The position numbers and the translations under genes were made by a program. Positions 38,132-47,839 of a stretch of 64,000 nt of DNA are shown piece by piece. The DNA comes from a virus. The stretch lies in the IMG/VR virus record IMGVR_UViG_3300042874_000443, positions 93,409 through 157,408 of that record; one strand, written 5' to 3'. A model generated the notes under the pieces. The model did not search any database, was not told where the DNA came from, and was given only the letters and a program-made list of their open reading frames with translations. The number at the start of each line of letters is the position of its first letter. Position 1 is the stretch's first letter.

Positions 38132-38838
38132 ACGCGCGTGCGAAGGTACTCTTTGAGTTCGTCGACAGCCTTCTGACGGAGCACCTCGAGCGTCGCGTTG
38201 TTGTTGATGACGAGGTTGAACTCGCTGTCGGGAATCGTGTCCATCTCCGTCTCGGAGGCGTGACCGGCGAGCCCCTGGGCACTGTTGTCCGTCGACGGAC
38301 GACGGATACGCCAGACCTCGCCGCCCGCCTTCTTGATCGCTTCCATCTCGGACTTGAAGCGGCAGTCAGTGATGGCGACGAAGAGCTTCGCCGACCACAT
38401 CGGTTCGTTGCCCATCTTCTGATCGGACAGGAGCTGTCCCGCACGCTTGATGGCGTGCTTCACCCATGCGTTCTTATCGACGCGACGGATGCCCTCGGTC
38501 CCGACGAACTGCAGGATCATGCGGTTCGTCCAGAACGATGCGAACGACTTGGGGTCGCCAACCGCCGTGCAGTTGTTGCAAAGCACCTGCGTCGACGCGA
38601 CGAGCATACAGTTGATCGACTGGCAGGCCGGGCACTTGAAGAGCGGAAGGTCGGTGACCTTCGACTTGCCCTCCTCGGTGTAGACGTCGTCGTGTGTGAG
38701 CCCGAAGAGGTCCATACAGACCTCCTTGAGCTTGTCCGCGAAGGCGAGCGTCGCTCCCTTCGGGTTGTGCTCGACGAGCATCTGCCCGACGGTGTCCTTG
38801 CCGCTCTTGCTCTTGCCCATGAGTCCGATCAGTCGCAT
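38128..38838 (-). CDS. Deoxynucleoside monophosphate kinase with a Zn-ribbon insertion
   Basis: GLMGKSKSGKDT, FADKLK, R.ILQFVGTE, ITDCRFKSE, HASE; insert CPAC...CNNC. Confidence 0.88.
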   Translation of the reverse strand: MRLIGLMGKSKSGKDTVGQMLVEHNPKGATLAFADKLKEVCMDLFGLTHDDVYTEEGKSKVTDLPLFKCPACQSINCMLVASTQVLCNNCTAVGDPKSFASFWTNRMILQFVGTEGIRRVDKNAWVKHAIKRAGQLLSDQKMGNEPMWSAKLFVAITDCRFKSEMEAIKKAGGEVWRIRRPSTDNSAQGLAGHASETEMDTIPDSEFNLVINNNATLEVLRQKAVDELKEYLRTRV

Positions 38839-39236
38839 TTGTCCTCCAGGTACATGATCCGTGCAGGCCAGAATGGCTGCATCGACTCTTGCCACATGCA
38901 GTCATCGTCGAACAGGTCTACGAACTGGCGAACCAGGTCGATGTGTTCTTTCTCGATACGCCACGCTGGTTGGTCCTTGCCAAGCCAGAAAGCGTCGTAC
39001 GCGTCGCGGCAGCAGACAGCCCCGTCAAATACGATGGCACGTACTTGAGGGTTCGCCAGGATGTCGCGAACGACGTCTCGGAGGTACTTCGAGGAGTCGT
39101 TCAGTATTGCAACTGCGCGCTCCTTCCATCGCTCCTTGATTTCATCGTCACGTTTCAACATCGGGCATGCGATGACGATGACCTGCCCCTTCGGATTCAA
39201 GGGTTGGTACTCCAATTTGGATACCGGCTTCCACAC
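38829..39236 (-). CDS. Hypothetical protein with an MtrA-like segment
   Basis: VVRDILANPQVRAIVFDG resembles the NPxIRxxIxxG signature. Confidence 0.5.
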   Translation of the reverse strand: MWKPVSKLEYQPLNPKGQVIVIACPMLKRDDEIKERWKERAVAILNDSSKYLRDVVRDILANPQVRAIVFDGAVCCRDAYDAFWLGKDQPAWRIEKEHIDLVRQFVDLFDDDCMWQESMQPFWPARIMYLEDKCD

Positions 39237-39277
39237 GCACAACGTTTATCCCACAATCACTTCACGAAAGACAAGCC

Positions 39278-40708
39278 ATGGCCAAGATCTCGCTCGCTAT
39301 CGACAAGAACTACTGTGCCTCGTGGGGCGTGTTCGAAGGCATCCGTGAGTTCCTGCAGAACGCCAAGGACGCCGAGGACGACGGCTACAGCATGACGATC
39401 GAGCACTTCCCGCGGACTTCGCGGCTCGAGATCACCACGCGCGGCATCTACATCGACCCGTCCAAGCTGCTCATCTTGGGGCGGTCGGACAAGACGCCAG
39501 GGGAACGCCGCGGGCAGTTCGGCGAAGGATTCGTGCTCGGAACGCTCGCGCTCGTGCGCAAGGGCCACGACGTCAAGTTCGTCAACGGGGACCTGTCATG
39601 GAACGTCTCGTTCGAGCGCCCTGACGCGGGTCATCCGTTTCAGCACAACGAGCTGTTGACGTTCAAGAGCCGCAAGATCTCCGTGCAGGAGCCCGACTTC
39701 AAGCTCGAAATCGAAAGCATCACGACGGACATCTGGGCCGCGATCAAGAAGTTGTTCTTGTTCCTCGAGCCGCCGAAGCCCAACGAGATGTTCGAGATGT
39801 CGGCAGGTCGCCTTCTGATCCACCCGGACCGCAAAGGTCAGGTGTTCGCGCGGGGCATCTTCGTACGTCTGTTCGAAGACCTCGTCTGCGGCTACGACAT
39901 GCACCGTCTCGAGCTGGACCGAGACCGTCGGATGGTCGATGAATTCCATCTGCACTACAACCTCGGGCAGCTGTGGCAGGAGGCGTGCGGAAAGCACCCG
40001 GACCTCGCCGCGCCCAAGGTCTACGAGATGGCGAAAGCGAACTCGGCGGAGGTGCGGCAGCTCAAGTACCACGCGGACGCCAAGCTCCTGAAGCATGTGC
40101 GTGATCGGTTCGAAGCCGAGCACGGCGAGCACGCAGCGCCGGTGACGACGATGACGCACGCACGCGCAGCCGAGAGCGCCGGCGTCACGCCCATCGTGGT
40201 CTCGGACACGTTGCGCGAGTTGCTCGAGAAGGGCGGGCTCTCCGCCGAAGCGAAGGCCGAGCAGCTCAGTGGTACGGTCAAGCAGCGGTTTTCGCCGACG
40301 GAGCTGACCGCCGAGGCACTGCATGCGGTTGCACGTCTCGAAGCCTTCTTGCCGAAGATGGTCATCGTGGCGTTCCACGGCGACGACGCGAAGTGCCGCC
40401 TCATCGACGACAAGAAGGTGGTCGGTGTCGACCACCGCCTGCTCGTGGGGCCGTTCAAGAAGCTCTTGAACGCGGCGCTCCATTCGGAATCGCAGCGTCG
40501 CGGCATCCCTGTGCTCGACATCCTGCTCGAACACCTGGACCCGCCTCCGCCGCCGGCAGCGACCAACGAACTTGCGAAACTCGATACGTGCGATGAATGC
40601 GGCGCTCAGTACCCGCAGGACGCGGGCTCGCACGAGGGGTTGTGGCATTCGAATGCGTGCTCGCTCTATCCTCACGAAGATGCCAAGGCGGAAACGCCCA
40701 CCTTCTGA
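39278..40708 (+). CDS. GHKL (HATPase/MORC-like) ATPase
   Basis: IREFLQNAKDA, LILGRSDK, GQFGEG. Confidence 0.8.
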   Translation: MAKISLAIDKNYCASWGVFEGIREFLQNAKDAEDDGYSMTIEHFPRTSRLEITTRGIYIDPSKLLILGRSDKTPGERRGQFGEGFVLGTLALVRKGHDVKFVNGDLSWNVSFERPDAGHPFQHNELLTFKSRKISVQEPDFKLEIESITTDIWAAIKKLFLFLEPPKPNEMFEMSAGRLLIHPDRKGQVFARGIFVRLFEDLVCGYDMHRLELDRDRRMVDEFHLHYNLGQLWQEACGKHPDLAAPKVYEMAKANSAEVRQLKYHADAKLLKHVRDRFEAEHGEHAAPVTTMTHARAAESAGVTPIVVSDTLRELLEKGGLSAEAKAEQLSGTVKQRFSPTELTAEALHAVARLEAFLPKMVIVAFHGDDAKCRLIDDKKVVGVDHRLLVGPFKKLLNAALHSESQRRGIPVLDILLEHLDPPPPPAATNELAKLDTCDECGAQYPQDAGSHEGLWHSNACSLYPHEDAKAETPTF

Positions 40709-41084
40709 CCCGACGTGCTCGCGCTGCGCGAACGAGGCGGACCTCGTTCAGTGGCACGACGGCAAGGTCTACTGTCCGAGCTGCCTGGACTGTGGCTGCG
40801 ACGACAGCTTCCGGAAGGTCAACGACACGTGCATCAAGTGTTTGCGCGACCTGCACACCCTCATGACGTTCGAAGGGCCGCGTATCCGCGAGGTCGAAAT
40901 CTACATGATGGACGCGTGGGCCGAGTACGGTGTTCGCGCGCAGGAGCTGATGACGTGGACGTTCGAGGAAGAAGAAACCCTCGAGTCAGTGTGGGACGAC
41001 CGGCGTCCGAAGGGTGTCGAGCCTCCATCACCACGCGTCGCTCCTCCGCACCATCGGCTCACTTCTTCGGGTGGAAGTCGGTGA
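40680..41084 (+). CDS. Cys-rich hypothetical protein
   Basis: Several CxxC motifs; start uncertain. Confidence 0.5.
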   Translation: MPRRKRPPSDPTCSRCANEADLVQWHDGKVYCPSCLDCGCDDSFRKVNDTCIKCLRDLHTLMTFEGPRIREVEIYMMDAWAEYGVRAQELMTWTFEEEETLESVWDDRRPKGVEPPSPRVAPPHHRLTSSGGSR

Positions 41085-41943
41085 ACAGGTTCGGCCACAT
41101 CTCGAAGCAGACCTTCTTGAGCGTGCGCGCGAAGCGACACATCTCCATATCGGCGGCCTCGTCGTCACGCTCGTGGAAGAACTTCGTGAGCGCCATCGGG
41201 TTGGTCGTCCAGATGAACGACGTGCCGCAGCTCATGAGCAGGTCGCCGGCGCTCGACTCGTAGATGCGTTTCTTGTCGAGACCGACGGGCTTCTTGCCGT
41301 GGACACCTTCGTAGGCCGCGACCTTGCGCTCGATGGTGCGAACGTACATGAGGTAGTTCGCGCTCGCGTTCTCCTGGAACATCGCCAGCTCGTGCGGATC
41401 TTCGAGGTAGTACGGATGCGCGATGTACGTCCCCGGGTGGTGTGTGAAGCGCGTCGACTCCTGTGACGGCGAGCCTTCCTCGTCTCGGTCGCTGCCGACG
41501 TAGTTGCGGATCAGCTCGTGGCTGACGCGGCGACTAATGTGCGCGAAGAAGAACGTCATCTTCGCGTGGTAGCCCGTCGAACGGTGCGGGATGCGACCGT
41601 CCCACATCGAGTGGAGGTAGTCACCGTTGCCGCGCTTCTTGCCAGCGTCGGCGAAGCTGTCGTAGCACTTGCGACCCGCCAGCTCGGCGAGCAGCTCGTT
41701 GTCGGTGATCTTGCGCTGCGGTGCCGTGCTGCCTTCGGAGACGACGAGGAACGGATCGTCGTCGTAGCCGTTGTGTGGCACGAGGTCCGTCATCTGCTGG
41801 AAGCCCTGTTCGGGCACACAGTGTGGGCGGTAGCAGCGGACCCATTCGGCCATCTTCATCACGCCCTCGGGCATGAGCTGCATGTGGGCCATAGGAACGA
41901 CGATCGGGTTGTCGGTGATGATGGTGGCGACGGGCTGAGTCAT
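41059..41943 (-). CDS. thyX: Divergent flavin-dependent thymidylate synthase
   Basis: ELAGRKCYDS, H.S..H...TF, ISRRVSHELIR, SQESTRF, ADMEM; GGAGG RBS. Confidence 0.75.
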   Translation of the reverse strand: MTQPVATIITDNPIVVPMAHMQLMPEGVMKMAEWVRCYRPHCVPEQGFQQMTDLVPHNGYDDDPFLVVSEGSTAPQRKITDNELLAELAGRKCYDSFADAGKKRGNGDYLHSMWDGRIPHRSTGYHAKMTFFFAHISRRVSHELIRNYVGSDRDEEGSPSQESTRFTHHPGTYIAHPYYLEDPHELAMFQENASANYLMYVRTIERKVAAYEGVHGKKPVGLDKKRIYESSAGDLLMSCGTSFIWTTNPMALTKFFHERDDEAADMEMCRFARTLKKVCFEMWPNLFTDFHPKK

Positions 41944-41993
41944 TCAAAGCCTCCGGGATGTTTATGGTACAAGCACAGAACAGAGGAGACCCT

Positions 41994-42563
41994 ATGTCGC
42001 TAGACGACTTGGATCAAGCACTCTTCGAAGCGAAGTGGGGCGACGCGGAAGAAGACGTCATGGAAGTGATCGCGCGGATCCTCGAGCTTCCCCGGGAAGC
42101 TGTCGAGCGCGTGATCTACGCAATGGAAGTAGTGCACGGTGACATCAGCAAGCAGCTCTACAACTCCCACCCCACGCTGGACGACAAGTTGCGGGCGGGG
42201 CTGAAGGCGCTGGTGCAAGAAGGACTTGCCCGTGTCCTGGTACGCAGCGCCATCTTGAACGAACGGGCGATGCTGGTCTCGCCACAGAAGCTCATCAAGG
42301 ACCCCTCGGAGATCTGCTCGGGGTGCGAGTGGTCGATCCCCTGCATCTCGAACAACTACAGCACCCCACCAAAGTGCTACGCAGCGGGACCGCCTGTCGG
42401 CGTTCGCCCCTCCCGCGTGACGCTCGGTGCAGTGGAGCTGCAGACCCTGCGAAACGGCGCAGCTCTCGTAACGCCCGTCAAGATCACCAAGAACACGGTC
42501 ACCGTGACCTGCTCACACCCGCGAGGTACGTTCAAGGTTGCAGCGAAGGACCTGTCGACATGA
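41994..42563 (+). CDS. Hypothetical protein
   Basis: GAGGAG RBS, CxxC...C...C. Confidence 0.65.
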   Translation: MSLDDLDQALFEAKWGDAEEDVMEVIARILELPREAVERVIYAMEVVHGDISKQLYNSHPTLDDKLRAGLKALVQEGLARVLVRSAILNERAMLVSPQKLIKDPSEICSGCEWSIPCISNNYSTPPKCYAAGPPVGVRPSRVTLGAVELQTLRNGAALVTPVKITKNTVTVTCSHPRGTFKVAAKDLST

Positions 42564-42979
42564 CGTTCTTGAACATCCTCGACTCGTTGTCGAGGTCGGT
42601 GCGCCAGCATGAGGAGAACACTGTCAACTGCGGCACGTGCCCCGTGAGCATGGCGTGCGTGGTCAGCGAAGGTGGCAATGGTTGGCGGTTCCGGTGTTGT
42701 GGGTCGACGGGCGTAGAAGTGCAAGGACTTCTGTTCGTCATGGATTGCAACAACAACCAGTTCGAAGTGAACAAAGACGTGATGCGCGCGAACGTTTGTC
42801 CCCTGTGCACCGGAGACATCATTGAATCAGCCGTCCGTGGCAACGCCGAGCGTTATCGCTACGTCCGAACCGTGCACGCGGTGGTCCCCCTCAAGACACG
42901 TCTCGACGTGTGGCGCGCACGGCTGCCCAAGGCGCAAGCGAAAGTTCGTGAAGAACAACAACGACTGGGAGAATGCTGA
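42560..42979 (+). CDS. Cys-rich hypothetical protein
   Basis: ATGA-coupled; CGTC, CC, CPLC. Confidence 0.6.
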   Translation: MTFLNILDSLSRSVRQHEENTVNCGTCPVSMACVVSEGGNGWRFRCCGSTGVEVQGLLFVMDCNNNQFEVNKDVMRANVCPLCTGDIIESAVRGNAERYRYVRTVHAVVPLKTRLDVWRARLPKAQAKVREEQQRLGEC

Positions 42980-43689
42980 TGGGCTTTGGCTATGCTGGAC
43001 AGGTGTCCAGAGACCGTCAACGCGAACTGATCGTAACGGCAATGCAGAAGGGGAACGCCAAACACAACCGCACGAACATCGAGGTTGAGTTTCGAGGCGA
43101 CGCGTACCCGCTCATCACGTTCGAAGGTCCCGCGTGGGTCGCATCGGGCTTGATGCAGTTCTATCACCACGGCTCGCGTGTGATGGCCGTCGACTTCCTT
43201 CGTGACAGGATCACGGATTTTGGATACACCGGATACAGTATGACCACGAACGTGTATCTGAACGCCTGGTCCAGGACGCTCGGAGACATGTTCTTCCAAG
43301 GTGTGGAATGTCTTCGCAGCGAGACGAACCCGTTCCGCTGGACCGTCTCGGACCGCTACAACAAGAACAGCACGGACTACTACTTCTCTCGCGGCGCAGG
43401 GCACGCGAAAGACATGTTCATGCGGTTCCGTGCGGGCGTCCCTTGGGTCAAAGAAGTCGACGGGAGCCCCTGGTTCTTCGGTCAGCACTACAACGCGCGT
43501 CTCGAGGACCATTTCAACCAGATTCGCAGCGACATCTTGCGTGACGGCGTCGGCTGGCACTGGTTCACGGCGGACTGGAACGCGCACGGTGAGTGGGGGA
43601 AGCGCTTCATCGACGACGCTGCCAAGAAGCGGTGGGAGAAGCGCGAAGCCAAGCGTCTCCGCTATGATTCAGCTGCGGAGGCAGCATGA
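42973..43689 (+). CDS. Hypothetical protein (aromatic-rich)
   Basis: 238-aa coupled ORF. Confidence 0.65.
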   Translation: MLMGFGYAGQVSRDRQRELIVTAMQKGNAKHNRTNIEVEFRGDAYPLITFEGPAWVASGLMQFYHHGSRVMAVDFLRDRITDFGYTGYSMTTNVYLNAWSRTLGDMFFQGVECLRSETNPFRWTVSDRYNKNSTDYYFSRGAGHAKDMFMRFRAGVPWVKEVDGSPWFFGQHYNARLEDHFNQIRSDILRDGVGWHWFTADWNAHGEWGKRFIDDAAKKRWEKREAKRLRYDSAAEAA

Positions 43690-43973
43690 CCTACTATCAG
43701 TGGTACCTCGCCGGGCTCTACGATTTGTTGGAACAAGGCGGGAAGCAGGAAGACATCGACCGCATCATCGCCGAGGTCAACAGCCCGACCAAAGACGGGC
43801 TCGAGAAGTTCTTGGCGCTTCGAAAACACCCCAACCCCATGCATGGGTTCATCGGACTGTGCGGACCGTGCAACACGTGCGGCGAGCCCTTCGCAATCCC
43901 GAACCCGACCCCATCACTCGATGAGGAAGTGCTGTGCCCAAACTGCAAAAAAACGACAACGAACCCCTCATGA
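43686..43973 (+). CDS. Zn-ribbon protein
   Basis: CNTC...CPNC. Confidence 0.65.
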   Translation: MTYYQWYLAGLYDLLEQGGKQEDIDRIIAEVNSPTKDGLEKFLALRKHPNPMHGFIGLCGPCNTCGEPFAIPNPTPSLDEEVLCPNCKKTTTNPS

Positions 43974-44119
43974 AAAATAACGTCCTGCCGTTCCCAGCGC
44001 TCAAGGCGGCGCCGCGCGACCCCCCACGTCCAACACTCCTACGGGCCCTGGTCACGTTGGCGGTGCTTGTCGGCGCTCTGGGCTTGCTCGCGCTGACGCT
44101 TTGGGCTCTGTTCATGTGA
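43970..44119 (+). CDS. Small membrane protein
   Basis: One C-terminal hydrophobic helix. Confidence 0.6.
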   Translation: MKNNVLPFPALKAAPRDPPRPTLLRALVTLAVLVGALGLLALTLWALFM

Positions 44120-44120
44120 C

Positions 44121-44876
44121 ATGCCGGCGCTAACCATCAACGTCTACGTCTCGCCCCGCGCAGCCATCCTTGCAGGCAAGACGAATGTCGGCGAGCAGAC
44201 CTTCAACCTGACCGAAGAAGCGCTCAAAGACCTGCCCGAGGAACTGCGTCTCGAGTTGGCGCTGGCCTACGAGGCGCGTGAGTCACTGGGAGCGAACCCG
44301 CACGAACCTGCGGTGATCGAACCAACGCTTGCAGCAGTGCGTCCTGTGCTCGAGGCACGCGCAGCGCAGCGGAAGCGTCTCGAAGAGGCGAAGCGTATCG
44401 AAGACGCACGGAAGGCCGAGGTGGCTGCCGTGGCCACGCGAGACCAGACTGCGAAGGACAACGCACGGTCCAAGGCGTTACGTGCCTGGGTCGAGAAGCA
44501 CGGTGACGATGAACAACGCGCACGGATGGCCGAAGGCTTCCTCCCCGAGGACGAGATCCTTGACGAGGTGACCAACGAGCTGCTCGACTATCAGGGGCTC
44601 TCTGTCTACGAGCCGTTGCGACGTGGCGACGCCTGCGAATGCAACTGCGCGTCGCACGTGAAGTTCAGCGCAGGGCCTCCGCAGTACATGGACGCGTTCC
44701 AGTTCGAAAAGCTCACCAAGCTGCGTGAGAACCTTCCCGAAGGTGCCTCCGTACGGCCGGTCGAGCATCGTGCAGCCTGTCCGAGCTGCAAATGTGTACC
44801 AATCGCGCGGATCTCAGGCCTCGTCACGCTGCCGTGGCACGGATGGGAGCTGGTCCGCGAGTTCTTGCTCTCCTAG
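44121..44876 (+). CDS. Hypothetical protein
   Basis: 251 aa, coiled-coil plus Cys pairs. Confidence 0.7.
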   Translation: MPALTINVYVSPRAAILAGKTNVGEQTFNLTEEALKDLPEELRLELALAYEARESLGANPHEPAVIEPTLAAVRPVLEARAAQRKRLEEAKRIEDARKAEVAAVATRDQTAKDNARSKALRAWVEKHGDDEQRARMAEGFLPEDEILDEVTNELLDYQGLSVYEPLRRGDACECNCASHVKFSAGPPQYMDAFQFEKLTKLRENLPEGASVRPVEHRAACPSCKCVPIARISGLVTLPWHGWELVREFLLS

Positions 44877-44883
44877 GAGGAGA

Positions 44884-45123
44884 ATGATCACGACGAAAGA
44901 GCACCAGGCCGCAGAAGAAGCGGTCGGGTGGGACTTGCCTGTTCACGACATCAAGATCGCGCTCCAAAAATGGAGCGATACGAACCTGACGGACATGAAG
45001 AAGACGCTCGCGACGAGCGTTTCCAGGTTCGAGGCAGCGGGCGCGCGGGGCGTCACGCTCGCAGACGAAATCGACATGCTGCGCATCGCCATTGCGGTGC
45101 GTGAGATACGTGAGAATGGCTAG
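44884..45123 (+). CDS. Hypothetical protein
   Basis: AGGAGG RBS. Confidence 0.65.
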   Translation: MITTKEHQAAEEAVGWDLPVHDIKIALQKWSDTNLTDMKKTLATSVSRFEAAGARGVTLADEIDMLRIAIAVREIRENG

Positions 45124-45610
45124 CAAGCAATGGTGGACGGTATTCGCCGTCTATGATGACAACGAACAAGCTTACGTTGACCATTTCGAAGCCAAGACAT
45201 GGCAGGAAGCGAGGTCTAAGGCTCTGCGCAAAGCAGAAGCCGTGATTCTGATCGCGGGTATCGTGCCTGGGAAGGTGGATTCAGTCGATGTTGACTCCAC
45301 GGACAACGTCATCCCCATCCGAGGCAAGGGACATGCGATCGAAGTCGCACACGTTCGCATCACAACAAGGAAGATTGTCATCCCGGGACGTTGTCCGGGG
45401 TGCAAGAAGGACCTTCGACGTGCGAACGCGCTTGTTGAAACGTATCTAGTCGCCCATCAATGGAAGGCGCACTTGTCACACAACGACAAAGACCTATCTG
45501 GCGAGCGAGACGGCACTATGAACCGCATCCCGAAGCAGGTCATCGACGCAACACGCCTCGAGTGCGGCTCCTGCGGCGTGATGGTTTGGGACGGGTACCA
45601 TGTCGGCTAA
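45116..45610 (+). CDS. Hypothetical protein with a Zn ribbon
   Basis: CPGC...CGSC. Confidence 0.65.
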   Translation: MASKQWWTVFAVYDDNEQAYVDHFEAKTWQEARSKALRKAEAVILIAGIVPGKVDSVDVDSTDNVIPIRGKGHAIEVAHVRITTRKIVIPGRCPGCKKDLRRANALVETYLVAHQWKAHLSHNDKDLSGERDGTMNRIPKQVIDATRLECGSCGVMVWDGYHVG

Positions 45611-46406
45611 GAAGATGAAGGTGTTGCGCGATGCAACACCTGAAATCGACGTCGACCACATCCCCGACCGGCTGTTTCTCTCGAAGAATGACAAGACGGG
45701 CTGGTCCATCAACACCAGCATCGCGATGACCTGTCGTCCGACGCCCGGTTGCGCCGTCTACTGCTACGGCCTCGGCGGTCGCATCTCGATGCCGGCCTCG
45801 TTGCAGCGCCAGGCGGAGAACGCCGCGATGTTCGGCATCGAAGAATGGGGCCAGCTCGCCGACGAAGCGATGGACATCACCCACGTGGTGTCTCGGCAGC
45901 AGGACTTCTTGCGGATGTTCGGCGTCGGAGACCTGCAACTGGGCTCGGTCTACTTCATCAATCAGCTCGCGGCGTACGCCAAGGCCATCAAGCCCAAGTT
46001 CCGCATCTGGGTGTCGACGCGGAAGTTCGACATGGCGGCACGCCTGGTCGATTCACCCAACCTGCACGTCATGCTCAGCTTCGATGCGACGACACTGAAG
46101 CGCCACCGGACGGAGGGGCTCAAGCTCCTCGCGCTACGGCGGCCTCAGTTCTTCGCAGCATGGGTACGTTGTTCCAAGGAGGAGAACATCCCCGACTGGA
46201 TCAACGTCGTCTTCGAAGAGCACGCCATCGGACGAGGGCGTGCTAAGCGACCGCCCGAGAAACGCGCCTGCCCAGCAACCATCCACGAGGACTTCGCTGG
46301 ATCGGCTCCGCTCGAGAGCGCGTGTAGCAACTGTCAGTACTGCTTCGACACCAAGAAGCGGTCAACCGGATCCCCTCTGATCAAGCTGAAAGGAACACGT
46401 CGATGA
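45600..46406 (+). CDS. GP88-like (radical-SAM-related, Cys-rich) protein
   Basis: TCRPTPGCAVYCY, LRMFGVGD, WVSTRK, NLHVMLSFD, CP...CSNCQYC. Confidence 0.65.
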   Translation: MSAKKMKVLRDATPEIDVDHIPDRLFLSKNDKTGWSINTSIAMTCRPTPGCAVYCYGLGGRISMPASLQRQAENAAMFGIEEWGQLADEAMDITHVVSRQQDFLRMFGVGDLQLGSVYFINQLAAYAKAIKPKFRIWVSTRKFDMAARLVDSPNLHVMLSFDATTLKRHRTEGLKLLALRRPQFFAAWVRCSKEENIPDWINVVFEEHAIGRGRAKRPPEKRACPATIHEDFAGSAPLESACSNCQYCFDTKKRSTGSPLIKLKGTRR

Positions 46407-47377
46407 CCTCTACGACCACCGCCCGCACCAAGAAGCAGGCGTTCGACCACGCGCGCAACTCGATGTGGTCGATCGACCCCGATGACCTGTGTATCCGCGG
46501 CGGCAAGGTTCTTCCGAAGGACGAACAGGGCTCCCTCGACACCGAGGAGGACGAAGACGACCCGCTCTACGACGTTCGTCTGCACGAGCCGCTGACGGAG
46601 GAGTTCGTCAACAACATCTACGCGGTTGGCGTCGACACGCCCATCATCATCGCGAAGATTGATGACCTGCCGACGGTGGTGGCGGGCCGTTCGCGTGTGC
46701 GTGCGGCACGTCTGGCGAACAAGAAGCGCAAGGCCAAGGGCGAGCCGCTCATCAAGGTCGACTGCAAGATGAAGCGCGACTCGGACACGGGCCTGATGGG
46801 TACGATGATCTCCGAGAACGAAGCGCGCCGTGACGACGACATGATGACGAAGATCGTGAAGGCCAAGCGCTACCTCAACAAGGGCGTGTCGCCCGAGGAT
46901 GCGGCGATTCGCTTCAACGTGTCGCTGGCGACGTTCAAGAACTGGCTCGCGTTCGACGACAACGCTCTGGCAGCCACCAAGAAGGCTGTCGAAACGGGCA
47001 AGGTCTCGGTCAGCGCGGCTATGACGCTCGCCCGCATCAAGGAGCCCGAGAAGCAGAAGGAAGCTCTCGACGAGCTGATGACCCACGTGGCTGCAGGAGG
47101 CCGGAGTTCCCCGCGTGCCGCCAAGATTGCGGCAGCGGGCGCCGGCAGCAACGTCATCACGGGCGTGACCGACAAGCGCACACTCAAGAAGCTGCTCGAC
47201 GGCGTTCAGAACACGCCGCACCCGCACAACACGAGCGAGAAGACGCTCGCGTGGTGGGAAGGCGCCGAAGACATGTTGAAGATGGTCATCGGTGAGAAGG
47301 ACGTCGACGAGCGTCTCAAGGCAGTCCTCAAGCAGGTCTACGCCGATGCGAAGGCGGCGCAGAAAGCGAAGAAGTAG
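46403..47377 (+). CDS. ParB/Srx-domain protein with HTH
   Basis: GVDTPI, VVAGRSRVRAA, ISENEAR, HTH, GKVSVSAA. Confidence 0.82.
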   Translation: MTSTTTARTKKQAFDHARNSMWSIDPDDLCIRGGKVLPKDEQGSLDTEEDEDDPLYDVRLHEPLTEEFVNNIYAVGVDTPIIIAKIDDLPTVVAGRSRVRAARLANKKRKAKGEPLIKVDCKMKRDSDTGLMGTMISENEARRDDDMMTKIVKAKRYLNKGVSPEDAAIRFNVSLATFKNWLAFDDNALAATKKAVETGKVSVSAAMTLARIKEPEKQKEALDELMTHVAAGGRSSPRAAKIAAAGAGSNVITGVTDKRTLKKLLDGVQNTPHPHNTSEKTLAWWEGAEDMLKMVIGEKDVDERLKAVLKQVYADAKAAQKAKK

Positions 47378-47378
47378 C

Positions 47379-47606
47379 GTGCCCTGCTATCAGCTCTACT
47401 TTCAGGATGAAGCAGGAATTCTTCATCCGATTGGGGGCCGTCATGAGGCAGCAAACAAGACTGTCGCCATGCACGAAATGATGGACCTGTACTGGGATAG
47501 CCGCTTGGACAGCGCGTCCTGTACTCCGGTTGTTCGGCTAGCCAAGCCCGAAGACCACACTGACTGCGATCATTCCCCCTGTCCCTATGAGGTCGACCCA
47601 CCATGA
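47379..47606 (+). CDS. Hypothetical protein
   Basis: GTG start; YFQDEAGILH. Confidence 0.5.
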   Translation: MPCYQLYFQDEAGILHPIGGRHEAANKTVAMHEMMDLYWDSRLDSASCTPVVRLAKPEDHTDCDHSPCPYEVDPP

Positions 47607-47839
47607 ACGACGACGACGAAGACGACGACGATCGCGAACCCGAGCCCTGGCATGACGACGAAGACGGGATCCGGTTCGCAGATCCTGGCGGCAACAGCGC
47701 ACTACGCGCCGAAACGCCGACGAATCCCCGCAACCTACCATGTCCAACCTGTGAGACGCCGAACGTTCTAACGCCGGCGGATCGTGCGTGTGGATATTGT
47801 TGCAACGTTTGCGCAGACCGTAATGAAATGGGGTTCTAG
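47603..47839 (+). CDS. Acidic Zn-finger protein
   Basis: CPTC...CNVC. Confidence 0.65.
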   Translation: MNDDDEDDDDREPEPWHDDEDGIRFADPGGNSALRAETPTNPRNLPCPTCETPNVLTPADRACGYCCNVCADRNEMGF

